This document shows positions 19,642 to 30,696 of a stretch of 64,000 nucleotides of DNA, one piece after another. Location of the stretch: contig CAWAUM010000002.1 in the NCBI GenBank assembly GCA_963785235.1, positions 96,001-160,000 on the forward strand, written 5' to 3'. Position numbers and translations under genes: made by a program. Origin of the DNA: an uncultured delta proteobacterium (GTDB taxonomy: Bacteria > Desulfobacterota > Desulfomonilia > UBA1062). Each line of letters starts with the position of its first letter. The stretch's first letter is position 1. Under the pieces are notes generated by a model. The model was not told the origin of the DNA, ran no database searches, and was given only the letters and a program-made list of their open reading frames with translations.

Positions 19642-22591
19642 TCAGAAATCCAGGGTCGTCTTCCAGGCAGCCTTTAATGTGTCGATGCCTTCTTGCAGGA
19701 GGTAGTCTCCTGAGGATGATTTTATAACAAACTGCGGGGCTTTAGCGCTCATGCCGATGCATGCCGCGTCCTTGCTGAAGATCTCGTCTATCTCGGCAGC
19801 ATTATCCTTATGTACCTCTATGACGATCCTGCCGGCCGACTCCGAATACATCACCTCTGTGTCGTTCATGCCCGGTGCGGCAGGCACCTTGCCAAGGTCG
19901 ATTGACAGGCCAAATGCCCCGGAAAAGGCCATCTCCGCAAGGCATACGGCCAGGCCGCCATCCGAGCAGTCATGGGCAGACAGAACAAGGCCTTTTTCAA
20001 TGGCCTGGTGGAGGGTCCTGTATCTCTTCAGGGAGGCATCCGCATCCACCTGAGGAACGGTTGAACCTTTCTTGCCAAAAGAGGCAAGATACTCGCTTGC
20101 ACCGAGTTCGTTCTTTGTGGTGCCGAGGATGTATATCAGGCTTCCTTCCTTTTTGAGGTCCATGGTCACGGCCTTGCGTGCATCTTCAATCTTGCCGATG
20201 ACCGATATCAGGATGGTGGGCGGGATGGATATCTTTACATCGCCCCCCATATAGTCGTTCTTCATGCTGTCCTTGCCAGAGATCATGGGGCAGGAATAGG
20301 CTAGGGCATAATCAAAAAGGGCCTTGTTTGCCCGCACGAGCTGCGCCAGCTTGTATTCGCCGTCAGGATTCTTGGGGCTTGCCACTGGGTCACACCAACA
20401 GAAGTTGTCCAGAAAGGCCCAGTGATCCGGGTTGCCGCCTACACAGATGTAGTTCCTTAATGCCTCGTCCAGCGCACAGGCAGCCATGTGGTAGGTGTCC
20501 AGGTCGGAATACCTGGGCACGATGCCGTTTGATACAACCACTCCCTCATAGGAATCCAGCAGCGGCCGGATGACCCCGGCGTCCGATGGCCCGTCGCACT
20601 CTGCACCCACCAGGGGCTTGATGACCGAGCCACCCTGCACTTCGTGGTCGTACTGCCTGACCACATACTCCTTTGAGCAGATATTGAGCCTGCCCAGCAT
20701 CTCTTTGAGCTTGGCGCCGTGGTCTTCCGGGACCGGTGTTACTTCCGCATCCGTTGCAGGCGGGGTCCAGCGGGCCTTGAGCTTCATGGTGGGCAGGCCG
20801 TTGTGGAGGAAGTCCAGGCTGATATAGGCCACGTTCTTGCCGTTATATGTGCAGTGGAAGAAGCCGGAATCCGTGAAGGTGCCGATGACTGTGGATTCCA
20901 CTCCCATGGCGCAGGAGAGCTCGAGGAACTCAGCGATCTTCTCTTCAGGGATGGCCAGGGTCATGCGTTCCTGGGCCTCGGAGAGCAGGATCTCCCACGG
21001 GCTCAGGCCATGATATTTCAGGAGAGGTTTTTCCAGTTCTATATGGCACCCGCCGCACAGCGTAGCCATCTCGCCCACCGCCGAGGACAATCCTCCCGCG
21101 CCATCGTCGGTGATGGCATGGTAGAGGCCCTTGTCACGGGCCACGAGCAGGAAATCGGTGAGCTTCTTCTGGGTGATGGGGTCGCCGATCTGCACGGCGG
21201 ATGTCGGGGACGTCTCTGAGAATTCCTCTGAGGAGAAGGTGGCACCGTGGATGCCGTCCTTGCCTATCCTGCCCCCAGACATGACGATGAGGTCCCCGGG
21301 TATAATATGCTTGAGATGGGAGGGCGAACCATTGATCTCTTTGGGCATTATTCCTGCGGTTCCGCAATAGACCAGGGGTTTTCCCAGGTACCGCTCATCA
21401 AACACTAGGCACCCATTCACCGTTGGGATGCCGGATTTGTTGCCTCCGTGCTCTACGCCTTCCCGGACTCCCTCAAAGATCCTCAAGGGATGGAGTATCT
21501 TGGGGGGCAGTTTGCCGGTACGAAACGGGTCTGCAAAACAGAACACGTCCGTGTTGAAGATGAGCTTGGCCCCCATGCCGGTGCCGAAGGGGTCGCGGTT
21601 GACCCCCACGATGCCGGTGAGCGCGCCGCCATATGGGTCCAGGGCCGAAGGGGAGTTATGTGTCTCCACCTTGAACACGAGGTTATAGCCTTCATTGAAC
21701 CGGATAACGCCTGCATTGTCGGAAAAGACACTTACGCAGATATCTTTTTCCCCTGCACGTTTACGGATCTTGGCTGTGGCGCCCTTGATGTAGGTTGAAA
21801 ACAATGATGAGATCTCAGAAGTAATACCATCCTCTTCATACGTGATATCCGCATTGAAGATCTTGTGTTTGCAGTGCTCGGACCAGGTCTGGGCCAGGCA
21901 CTCGAGCTCGACATCCGTTATCTTGCCCCCAAGACCCTTACGCGATCTTTTTTGCAGGGTGTCAGGGTCCTTCAGGTAGTTGATGATGGTCTTCATCTCG
22001 GCTACGCTCAGGGCCAGGGTTCTGTCCTGGGAGAGTTTTAGAAGGGCGTCGTCTTCAAGGTCCAGCGAAATTTCTTCCACGACAGGATCATGGAGCCCGC
22101 TGACAATGGGGATGGCCGGCAAGGTGGCCCCGCACGCGGGATAGTTGAGCACCCTGATGGTGTGGATGAGCGAATTGGCCAGGCATTCCCGGGCTATTGC
22201 GTGGGCGGCATCAAGGTCAAGCCCGCCCTGGAGCAGGTACCCCCGTGCGGAAAAGACCTTAATAGAGCTGCCCGAGATGAGCTCATAGGCATATTGGGCG
22301 CTATGGCCCACATTGTCGGTAACGCCGGGCTTGAACCCGACTTCGATATACCAGCCTTTATCCGTTCGTAAGACGCCGCCTATGGTGATATCCTGGATGA
22401 CCGGGTCGCAGAAGGCCTCTTTAAGCCAGGCATGGGTGAGGTTATCCGAATCCATGTGGTAGATGTCGAAGCAGGAGATTCTCTCAAGGGTAGACAAGTT
22501 GGGGAAAGGCATGGAGTATCTGCCTTTTGACCCTGGCCCCGCGGGCATCAAAGAGGTGCGGCTTGAGTCCGACCTCGACCCTCAAGCCCAT
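19642..22591 (-). CDS. purL: FGAM synthase synthetase subunit (long form with N-terminal PurS-like region), +1 frameshift at G4 22501-22504
   Basis: QTWSEHCKHK, KVETHNSPS, GIHGAT, SEAQERM, QYDHEV, GKDSMKND. The true start MGLRVEVGLKP at 22591 joins if one base is removed from the run. Confidence 0.93.
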
Positions 22592-22595
22592 GGAC

Positions 22596-22997
22596 TTAAC
22601 CTTTTTCCTCTACGTAGATGGGGGCGTTGGGGCCTTCCATGATTTCCCGCTCAGATTTGCACTTCACACACAGTGTTGCAAAGGGCATTGCCTTGAGCCT
22701 TGCGGCAGGAATGTTTTCCTCACAGTCTTCGCAGAAACCGTATTCGCCTTGCTCCATCCGTGAAAGGGCGCTTTCGATCTGGTCAAGCTTCTGCCGTTCA
22801 CGGGTCCCGAGGAGGAGGTTGAACTCCCTGGTCTGCTCAAGGTCGGCATCGTCAAAGATGTCGCCGATCTCCCGCTGTGCTGTCAGGTCATGAGATTTGA
22901 TTCTCTCAGCAAGGGTCTTAAGGATGTCCTTCTTCGTCTGGAGAAGGATCTCTTTGATCTCGAGAAGCTCATTCTTTCTTAACATCCTATCCTCCAC
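22596..22997 (-). CDS. DksA/TraR C4 zinc-finger protein
   Basis: DxxDxA tip (DIFDDA), YGFCEDC...RLKAMPFATLCVKC. Confidence 0.9.
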   Translation of the reverse strand: MEDRMLRKNELLEIKEILLQTKKDILKTLAERIKSHDLTAQREIGDIFDDADLEQTREFNLLLGTRERQKLDQIESALSRMEQGEYGFCEDCEENIPAARLKAMPFATLCVKCKSEREIMEGPNAPIYVEEKG

Positions 22998-23018
22998 CGG
23001 AATTTAAAAAGTAGGCTA

Positions 23019-23046
23019 CTTATACTTATTACAATCACCCTGTCAA
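23019..23046 (-). promoter_or_regulatory. Possible sigma70 promoter for dksA-purL-purQ
   Basis: TTGACA-16 nt-TATAAG on the minus strand. Confidence 0.5.
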
Positions 23047-23144
23047 CCTTCAATTCATCATTTCGATGCAAATCCGCACCATCACGATTCATGCATCGAT
23101 TTATATCCTATTGCGTGAGAAGCATGTTCCGCCCATGTCTCCTT

Positions 23145-24353
23145 TCATAAAAGGCACCCGACCTGGAAGACCTCGCATTCCACAAGGGAGCCTGATGGCA
23201 GTGATGTAGTCCCTTTGGGCAGGACCATATAGCAGTTGCCCATTGCCATGGAGGAGAGAATGCCTGACCCCTGTGGTCCTGTGGGGGTGACTACGAGATC
23301 GTCGCCGGAGCGCTCCAGGATGCCGCGTATGTAATGGGGCCTGTCGCCAGAGTTTTTCAAAGCTTCCTTAAGCCGGGCCCTCACCCTTGGCAGGAGGAGG
23401 TCTTTTGCTCCCTGCATCTTGAGGATGGCGGGCCTGGCGAACTGATAGAATGAGGTCATGGTGGACACGGGGTTGCCGGGCAGCCCTATGGCAGGCACCC
23501 CGTATAGGGCCCCGAAGGCAAGGGGCTTTCCGGGCTTCATCTCTATGCCCCAGAATTCAAGCGAGTTTCCGTCCTCGTTCATAACTTCTCTGATCATGTC
23601 ATAATCGCCCATGGAAACGCCACCCGAGGTGATGATCAGGTCAGCCTTTTTTGCGCAGGCAAGCCTGGCCTTGAGGTCTTCTTTCCTGTCCCGGGCAATG
23701 CCCAGATAGCAAGGAATGCCTCCGGTAAGCCTTATGAGGCTGAGCAGGGTATAGGAGTTTGATGAGATGATTGCGTTGTTCGGGGCATCCTCTCCAAGTT
23801 CCACGATCTCGTCGCCTGTTGCCAGTACGGCTACCAGTGGTCTTTGGGAAACCTGGACCATGGGGCGGCGAAGCGATGCCAGTATACCTATGACGGCAGG
23901 CCCTATAAGGGTCCCTCTTGTGAGGACAAGCTGACCCGGGGAAATGTCCTCCCCTTTGAATCGGATGTTTTCATGCTTCTTCGGCACCTTATTGATCGTG
24001 ACCGTTCTTTCTTCCTCCTTGGTGTCCTCACGCCTTACCACTGCATCCGCTCCCTCCGGGATGGGTGCGCCGGTCATGATCTTGGCGGCTTGGCCCTCGG
24101 CAACGGGATAACGGGCTTGGGAGCCTGCCGGGAGGATTGATGAGATCTTCAGGGTGATACCCATGGACTTCACATCATCCGTGCGGACAGCATAGCCGTC
24201 CATGGCTGAATTGTCACACGGGGGGATAGCCAGACTTGAGATGAGATCCTCGGCAAGGTATCTCCCCAGGGCATTTTCCAGGGATACCTGTTCGGAGGGT
24301 AGTGCCGGGACCTTTGAGAGGATTATCTCTCGAGCTTTTTCAATGCTTAACAT
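23145..24353 (-). CDS. moeA: Molybdopterin molybdotransferase MoeA
   Basis: NSAMDGYA, IMTGAPIP, TGDE, SGGVSMGDYD, MKPGKP, LPGNPVS. Confidence 0.96.
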   Translation of the reverse strand: MLSIEKAREIILSKVPALPSEQVSLENALGRYLAEDLISSLAIPPCDNSAMDGYAVRTDDVKSMGITLKISSILPAGSQARYPVAEGQAAKIMTGAPIPEGADAVVRREDTKEEERTVTINKVPKKHENIRFKGEDISPGQLVLTRGTLIGPAVIGILASLRRPMVQVSQRPLVAVLATGDEIVELGEDAPNNAIISSNSYTLLSLIRLTGGIPCYLGIARDRKEDLKARLACAKKADLIITSGGVSMGDYDMIREVMNEDGNSLEFWGIEMKPGKPLAFGALYGVPAIGLPGNPVSTMTSFYQFARPAILKMQGAKDLLLPRVRARLKEALKNSGDRPHYIRGILERSGDDLVVTPTGPQGSGILSSMAMGNCYMVLPKGTTSLPSGSLVECEVFQVGCLL

Positions 24354-24445
24354 GAACCCACCTTATATGTTCTCTAAGATGATGTATCAGATTTGCCGGC
24401 CTTATCCAAGTCAAGATTCCATCTTGGTATGACGATAGAACACCT

Positions 24446-25879
24446 ATGGAACTTAAGGATATCCTTGCGCCCTTGGACATCGAGCTCAAAAAGGTCTCCA
24501 TTCTGGGAGGGAGCATGTCTGTCGTTGTGGTCCCCGGCGATCAGGCGGACATGGCGTTGCGGGCAAAGCGTGATACGGATACGGCCGTAAACTATGGGGA
24601 ATACCTCGTTCTCGGTGTGTTCGGCATGGGGGCCGATGAAGCCTCTTCCCAGTTCCTTTCCATCCCCAAGGGGATTGCGGTCTATCCCAAGGACGGCGCC
24701 GATATCCAGACCCTGTTCTTCGAGGCTCTTGAGCGTTTCAACCTGAGCAAGGGGAGTACGCACTGGGTCAAGAGCCTGTGGGGGAGCATCCGTGAGACGG
24801 CCTCTTCCGAAAAAGACAGCGATGGAGAGGCGAAATTCCTGGGGAACGCCTTCTATCAATTCTATGCATTCATGGCGTCGCGTCCCCAGGAGGTCGGCCA
24901 GGTCATTTCCGACATGAGCCAGGCCGACCGGCATTGGATAGAAGACCTTATTCCTTTTGGTGTCGTTTCGGGATTAAAGCCGGACGGTGCGGTTAGGGAA
25001 GCTGAGATAGCAGTGCTCATGCAGGAGTGGGGCTATCAGGAAAAACTGGATAAAAAAAGAGAGGTGGGAAAGGGCATCTTGCGGAAATTCCGCAACTTCG
25101 AGCACCTCTTCACCCTGCCCTCCATCTCAAAGGAGATCATCGACCTTGCAGGGGACCCCATGGTTGCCGCCTCAAAGATGGCAAAGATCATCGAGAAGGA
25201 CCCCGTGCTCACGTCACGCATGCTCAAGGTCGTGAACTCCGCCTTCTACGGGTTTCGCAGGCAGATCGTGTCCATCGAACACGCAGTGGTGATCCTTGGC
25301 AATGATGAGGTCATCAATCTCGCTTTTTCCATAGCCGTACACCAGGTCATGGAACGGATTGCACCGAAAAAGGCAAGGATACTCTGGGAACATTCCCTCC
25401 TCGTGGCCCACCTGTCCAGCTGGCTTGGCCGGTTGCTTGGATGCAATGACCACAATGCCCTTTACACGCTTGGGCTGCTCCATGATTTCGGTAAGATAAT
25501 CTATCTCCAGCGGGGATACTGCCTGGGTGACCTGTCGAGCCTGTCTTCCCTGGAGGACCTGGCGGGAGAGGAGAGGGAAACCGGTCTATCCCATGCAGAA
25601 ATGGGTGCATATGTGGCCGAGCGGTGGAACCTCCCTGAAGAAATTGTGGACGGGCTCTTGTGTCATCACCTGCCCGGCAGAGCCAAGGACCTTTGTCTTG
25701 CCGTCACGGTTCATTTTGCGGACATCATTGCTCATAAAAAAGCAATAACGCTGGATATGGCCAATACCGCTGCCGTGCGGTTTCTCACGCCGGAGATGCG
25801 CTCACAGCTGAGTGACGATATTGTTGCCATGAGATATGAGGATACGGAATCGAGGGTGAAGGCCCTTCTTGATCTATAG
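24446..25879 (+). CDS. HDOD-domain signalling protein with a degenerate GGDEF-like N-terminus
   Basis: IEKDPVLTSRMLKVVNSAFYG, LWEHSL, GLLHDFGK, SHAEMGAYVAERWNLP. N-terminal GIAVYPKDG. Confidence 0.88.
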   Translation: MELKDILAPLDIELKKVSILGGSMSVVVVPGDQADMALRAKRDTDTAVNYGEYLVLGVFGMGADEASSQFLSIPKGIAVYPKDGADIQTLFFEALERFNLSKGSTHWVKSLWGSIRETASSEKDSDGEAKFLGNAFYQFYAFMASRPQEVGQVISDMSQADRHWIEDLIPFGVVSGLKPDGAVREAEIAVLMQEWGYQEKLDKKREVGKGILRKFRNFEHLFTLPSISKEIIDLAGDPMVAASKMAKIIEKDPVLTSRMLKVVNSAFYGFRRQIVSIEHAVVILGNDEVINLAFSIAVHQVMERIAPKKARILWEHSLLVAHLSSWLGRLLGCNDHNALYTLGLLHDFGKIIYLQRGYCLGDLSSLSSLEDLAGEERETGLSHAEMGAYVAERWNLPEEIVDGLLCHHLPGRAKDLCLAVTVHFADIIAHKKAITLDMANTAAVRFLTPEMRSQLSDDIVAMRYEDTESRVKALLDL

Positions 25880-25881
25880 CC

Positions 25882-27114
25882 ATGGAACGGGACATTGTAT
25901 CTATATTGAAAGAGCGTATCGTTTCCCTTGAGGAGGGTTATGAGCAGAAGATAGCCGAACTCTCGCTGCTGAAAGAACTCGGCGAGGCGTTGAAGGGGAC
26001 GAGCCTCTCCCATTGGAACCAGCTCTTTTTACGCCAGCTCGACATCATCAAGAACGCTACGGGCATACAAAGTATTTCCGTCATGCTCATTGATGAGCAG
26101 ACCCAGACTCTGCATATCGTGAGCGCATCACTCATGAAAGACTCACCCAACAGGCCGCCCATTCTGCTCAAGAGGGGTGAAGGGATCGCCGGCAAGGTAG
26201 TGGAGACGGGCAAGACACTCTATATCCAAGACGTCACCAAGGACCCCAATTTTTCCAACAGGGGGACCAACCAGGAAGGGTCTCTGGCCTGCGTGCCTAT
26301 CATTACCGAGGGCAGAAGCGTCGGGGTCATCAATTTCCGGGATAATGTCCCGGGCTGCTTCGGGCCCAACGATCTCAGGTTCTTCGAGCTCATCGCAGAC
26401 CAGCTTTCCATTACCGCATCGCTCGTTCGGACTTATCAGGATCTCCTGGGACTTGAGAAAAAACGAATGAACCTGAGCAGGTATTTTTCCCGGGGACTCG
26501 CCGAGCACCTCGTAGCGGATGACCGCATGACAGGTCTTGGGGGGCAGAGAAAGATCGTAACCGTGGTGTTTGCCGACATTACCTCCTTCACCACACTGCT
26601 TGACAGCAACCCTGTAGAGCAGGTGGTAGAGGTCCTCAACCGGTTCTTCGAGACCGTCGTTCCAGTGATCTTCAAGCATGGAGGGATGCTCGACAAGTTT
26701 TTAGGAGATGGAGTCATGGCGGTCTTCGGCATCCCTGATGAGACCGACATGGACCCCGTCAAGGCGATCCGCTGTGCTGTTGAAATCCAGCAAGGGGTGA
26801 CTGAACTCAAGGAAAGGCTTGTGGTTGATGGTTTTTTTGCCATCGAGGTAGGCATCGGCATCTCTACGGGCCTGGTAGTGGCAGGGAATATCGGCTCGCA
26901 GGAGCAGCTGAACTATACGGTTATCGGGGAGCCGGTAAACCTTGCACAGCGGCTTGAGTCCATCAGCTCTCCAGGAGAGATCATTGTCAGCAGCTTTACC
27001 ACGGACCTGCTCCCGTCTGGAACAGATCTGGGGGTAAGGTTCGAGCCCATGGGATGTATCAGGGTAAAGGGTATCCCGCGGGATATCAATGCATTAAAGG
27101 TTGTCTATAAATAA
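25882..27114 (+). CDS. GAF plus class III adenylate cyclase
   Basis: GEGIAGKV GAF. Cyclase motifs FADITSFT, DKFLGDGVMAVFG, GNIGS..LNYTVIGEPVNLAQRLE. Confidence 0.93.
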   Translation: MERDIVSILKERIVSLEEGYEQKIAELSLLKELGEALKGTSLSHWNQLFLRQLDIIKNATGIQSISVMLIDEQTQTLHIVSASLMKDSPNRPPILLKRGEGIAGKVVETGKTLYIQDVTKDPNFSNRGTNQEGSLACVPIITEGRSVGVINFRDNVPGCFGPNDLRFFELIADQLSITASLVRTYQDLLGLEKKRMNLSRYFSRGLAEHLVADDRMTGLGGQRKIVTVVFADITSFTTLLDSNPVEQVVEVLNRFFETVVPVIFKHGGMLDKFLGDGVMAVFGIPDETDMDPVKAIRCAVEIQQGVTELKERLVVDGFFAIEVGIGISTGLVVAGNIGSQEQLNYTVIGEPVNLAQRLESISSPGEIIVSSFTTDLLPSGTDLGVRFEPMGCIRVKGIPRDINALKVVYK

Positions 27115-27261
27115 CTACTGGTGGAGTCAGCTTGAAACAGGCCCTTTTGCTCTTGACTTTGCATTTTGTTTCATTTAGTCCATGTCATACCGATTAATCT
27201 GTTTCGTGGGCCCTCGCACAGAAACACCCCACACCAGCTCATTAAGCCGAAAGGAAGTTAT

Positions 27262-28509
27262 ATGCATTTAGAAGATTTAAAAAAAATGGACCCCAAGGAT
27301 CTCCTGGAGACTGCAAACTCACTGGAAATCGAGGGTTCAGCCACCATGCACAAGCAGGAGCTTATCTTTGCGATCCTCCAGGCCCAGGCGGAAAAGGATG
27401 TCTCCATATCCGGACAGGGGGTTCTTGAGATCCTGCCCGATGGGTTCGGCTTCCTGCGTTCCGCTGACTACAGCTATCTGCCCGGCCCGGATGACATATA
27501 TGTCTCGCCCTCTCAGATCAGGCGGTTCAACCTGAAAAACGGCGATGAGGTGAGGGGGCAGATCAGACCCCCCAAGGACAACGAGCGGTACTTCGCATTG
27601 CTGAAGCTGGAAACCATCAGCAATGCAGACCCGGAGGAGGCCAAGCACCGGGTGTCCTTCGACAATCTCACCCCGCTCTACCCCATGGAAAAATTCAAAC
27701 TCGAGACCGGTCAGGACAACCTCACCGGGAGGGTCCTGGATCTTCTTGTCCCCATCGGCAAGGGCCAGCGGGGCATGATAGTATCGCCGCCCAAGGCCGG
27801 AAAGACCATGATGCTCCAGAGTGTCGCCAAATCCATCAAGAAGAACCACCCTGAGGTGGAATTGATGGTTCTGCTCATAGATGAGAGGCCTGAAGAGGTC
27901 ACGGACATGCAGCGCTCCGTCAATGGCGAGGTCGTGGCATCAACCTTTGACGAACCTGCTGCACGCCATGTGCAGGTGGCCCGTATGGTCATGGAGAAGG
28001 CCAAGCGCCTGGCGGAATACAAAAAGGATGTAGTTATCCTGCTGGATTCGCTCACCAGGCTTGCCAGGGCGCACAACACGGTATGTCCGCCATCAGGTAA
28101 GCTCCTCTCGGGCGGTATCGATGCCAATGCGCTTCAGAAACCGAAAAGGTTTTTCGGTTCGGCCAGGAATATTGAAGAGGGGGGCAGTATCACCATCATT
28201 GCAACGGCGCTGGTTGATACAGGTTCCCGGATGGACGAAGTCATCTATGAAGAATTCAAGGGCACAGGCAACCAGGAGATACACCTCGACCGGTCCATTA
28301 TGGAGCGCAGGGTCTTCCCGGCCATTGACATATCCAAGTCAGGCACACGCAAAGAGGAGCTCCTGCTTCCCAAAGAGCAGCTGGACCGCATCTGGATACT
28401 CAGAAAGCTCCTGAGTCCCTTGAACCCCATCGACAGCATAGAATTTTTACTGGACAAATTAAGCAAGACGCGCAATAATGCCGAGTTCATGGATTCCATG
28501 AATAAATAG
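27262..28509 (+). CDS. rho: Transcription termination factor Rho
   Basis: [41 protein letters not shown]. Start placed at ATG 27262. Confidence 0.98.
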   Translation: MHLEDLKKMDPKDLLETANSLEIEGSATMHKQELIFAILQAQAEKDVSISGQGVLEILPDGFGFLRSADYSYLPGPDDIYVSPSQIRRFNLKNGDEVRGQIRPPKDNERYFALLKLETISNADPEEAKHRVSFDNLTPLYPMEKFKLETGQDNLTGRVLDLLVPIGKGQRGMIVSPPKAGKTMMLQSVAKSIKKNHPEVELMVLLIDERPEEVTDMQRSVNGEVVASTFDEPAARHVQVARMVMEKAKRLAEYKKDVVILLDSLTRLARAHNTVCPPSGKLLSGGIDANALQKPKRFFGSARNIEEGGSITIIATALVDTGSRMDEVIYEEFKGTGNQEIHLDRSIMERRVFPAIDISKSGTRKEELLLPKEQLDRIWILRKLLSPLNPIDSIEFLLDKLSKTRNNAEFMDSMNK

Positions 28510-28520
28510 GAGTAGATACA

Positions 28521-28754
28521 ATGAAAAAAGGAATACACCCAGATTATTTCGAGACAACGGTCACCTGCGGGTGCGGCAATACCTTCACCACACGTTCCAC
28601 CAAGAAGGACATACGCGTTGAAATATGCAGCGCCTGCCACCCCTTTTATACGGGTCAGCAGAGGCTCACCTCAACTGCAGGAAAGGCCGAGCTGTTCAAG
28701 AGAAAGTATGGCGAGTACCTGAAAAAGGACAGCACTCAAGGCAAAAGCAAGTAA
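28521..28754 (+). CDS. rpmE: 50S ribosomal protein L31 (zinc-binding type)
   Basis: [24 protein letters not shown]. Confidence 0.97.
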   Translation: MKKGIHPDYFETTVTCGCGNTFTTRSTKKDIRVEICSACHPFYTGQQRLTSTAGKAELFKRKYGEYLKKDSTQGKSK

Positions 28755-28770
28755 GCTTCCTTAAAATGAC

Positions 28771-29838
28771 ATGCTCGAAAAACTCAAGGAGATAGAGGAA
28801 CGCTATCAGCAGCTCTCCGATCTCCTCGCCGATGAGAAGATCCTTGCCGACCATACCCAGTATACCGCTGCCGCCAAAGAGCAGGCCTCCCTTGAGGAAA
28901 TCATGGGACCCTTCCGCCGGCTTAAGCTGGTATTCGCTGATATTGCCGAACACGAAACCATGCTTGACGACCCGGACCCCGAGATCAGGGTGCTCGTGAA
29001 GGGTGAGCTCGAGTCCCTGAAGGACGAAAGGCAGCATATCGAACAGCAGATCCGAATGCTCTTCATCCCCAAGGACCCGTACGACAACCGCGATGTCATC
29101 CTGGAGATCAGGGCCGGTACCGGCGGCGATGAGGCAGCCCTGTTTGCTGCGGACCTCTTTCGGATGTATACCCGTTATGCCGAAGTGAGGCGCTGGTCTA
29201 TTGAAGTCCTGTCCATCAATGAGACCGGCATCGGCGGCATCAAAGAGGTCATCGCAGGCATCAAGGGCAAAGACGCCTATGCCCGGCTCAAATATGAGAG
29301 CGGGGTCCACCGGGTCCAGCGTGTCCCTGCCACTGAGGCGAGCGGAAGGATCCACACCTCGGCCGTCACGGTTGCAGTGCTGCCCGAGGCAGAGGAAGTG
29401 GATGTAAGCATTGACGCCAATGACCTGAAGATCGACACCTACCGGGCTTCCGGGGCAGGCGGCCAGCATGTGAACAAGACCGAGTCGGCCATACGCATCA
29501 CCCACATCCCCACCGGGATCGTGGTTACCTGTCAGGACGAGAAGTCCCAGCACAAGAACAAGGCTAAGGCCTTACGGGTGATCCGCACCCGCATCCTCCA
29601 GCAGAGGCAGGAGGACCAGGATCGCGAGATCGCCTCCCAGAGACGCTCCCAGGTTGGCACCGGAGACAGGAGCGAGCGGATCCGCACCTATAACTATCCC
29701 CAGGGCCGCGTCACGGACCACCGGGTAAACCTTACCCTGCACAGGCTCCCCCAGATCCTTGAGGGGGATATCGACGAGATCATCGACGGGCTTACCGCCC
29801 ATTACCAGGCCGAGGCACTCAAGAAGACCGGGAGCTGA
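28771..29838 (+). CDS. prfA: Peptide chain release factor 1
   Basis: PAT anticodon loop (RVPATE), GGQ motif, [11 protein letters not shown]. Confidence 0.98.
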   Translation: MLEKLKEIEERYQQLSDLLADEKILADHTQYTAAAKEQASLEEIMGPFRRLKLVFADIAEHETMLDDPDPEIRVLVKGELESLKDERQHIEQQIRMLFIPKDPYDNRDVILEIRAGTGGDEAALFAADLFRMYTRYAEVRRWSIEVLSINETGIGGIKEVIAGIKGKDAYARLKYESGVHRVQRVPATEASGRIHTSAVTVAVLPEAEEVDVSIDANDLKIDTYRASGAGGQHVNKTESAIRITHIPTGIVVTCQDEKSQHKNKAKALRVIRTRILQQRQEDQDREIASQRRSQVGTGDRSERIRTYNYPQGRVTDHRVNLTLHRLPQILEGDIDEIIDGLTAHYQAEALKKTGS

Positions 29839-29843
29839 AGGGA

Positions 29844-30696
29844 GTGGCAAAAACCATCTCCGAGGCGCTCACACATGCCAGGGGCCTTCTTGCAGACCAG
29901 GGCATAGACTCGGCCTTCATCGATGCCGACCTGCTCCTGGCACACTCCCTTAATATCAGAAGGATCGACCTCATCATCCACCGCGACCGCATGCTCACGG
30001 TCGAAGAGATGGATGACTTCAGCGACCTTATGGAGCGCAGGATCTCTCACGAACCGGTGGCATACATAACAGGCATCAAGGAGTTCTTCGGCATGCCCTT
30101 TATGGTCAACCCCCACGTTCTTATCCCCAGGCCCGAGACCGAGATCCTGGTGGAGCAGACAATTGCGCTGGCACCAAAAAGCGCTACGGTTTTCGAGATT
30201 GGGGTGGGCTCCGGTGCAGTGATCATCTCAATTTTAAGTGAACGCCAAGACCTCAAAGGTGTGGGTAATGACATCAGCATCCCTGCCCTAATCACTGCAC
30301 GGGTCAATGCCGCCACCCATAGTGTCTCAGATAGGCTCCGTCTCTTTGCGGGCAATGTCATGGAAGCCATCGGCAGCTCCTGGCCCATGATAATAGCAAA
30401 CCCGCCCTATATCCGTATGGATGAAATGAACGAGCCTGGATGATGATGTCAGTCTTTATGAGCCGGCAAAAGCCCTTTTCGGTGGAAAAGACGGGCTTGA
30501 TATTGTAAAAGAGATCATCAAAGGATTGAGCGGACATCTGACCATGGGCGGCATGCTCATCATGGAGGCCGGCCGGGGCCAGAAAGAGGCCATCGACTCT
30601 TTGGTGGGATCCCATAAATCGCTGAAGATAAGGACCTGGATACATGACCTTGCAGGTATAGAAAGGGTCGTGATCGTAGAGAGGATTCATGGATAA
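29844..30696 (+). CDS. prmC: Release-factor glutamine methyltransferase, +1 frameshift near 30435
   Basis: VLIPRPETE and NPPY, then continues in another frame as LDDDVSLYEPAKALFGGKDGLD...DLAGIERVV to TAA 30696. Confidence 0.9.

Noticed and set aside
23063-23099. TCGATGCA/TGCATCGA hairpin downstream of moeA
   Set aside because: Single copy with no clear T tail. Probably an ordinary 3' stem.
30438-30450. TGATGA in prmC as selenocysteine or readthrough
   Set aside because: The protein continues in a different frame. A single-base insertion explains it.
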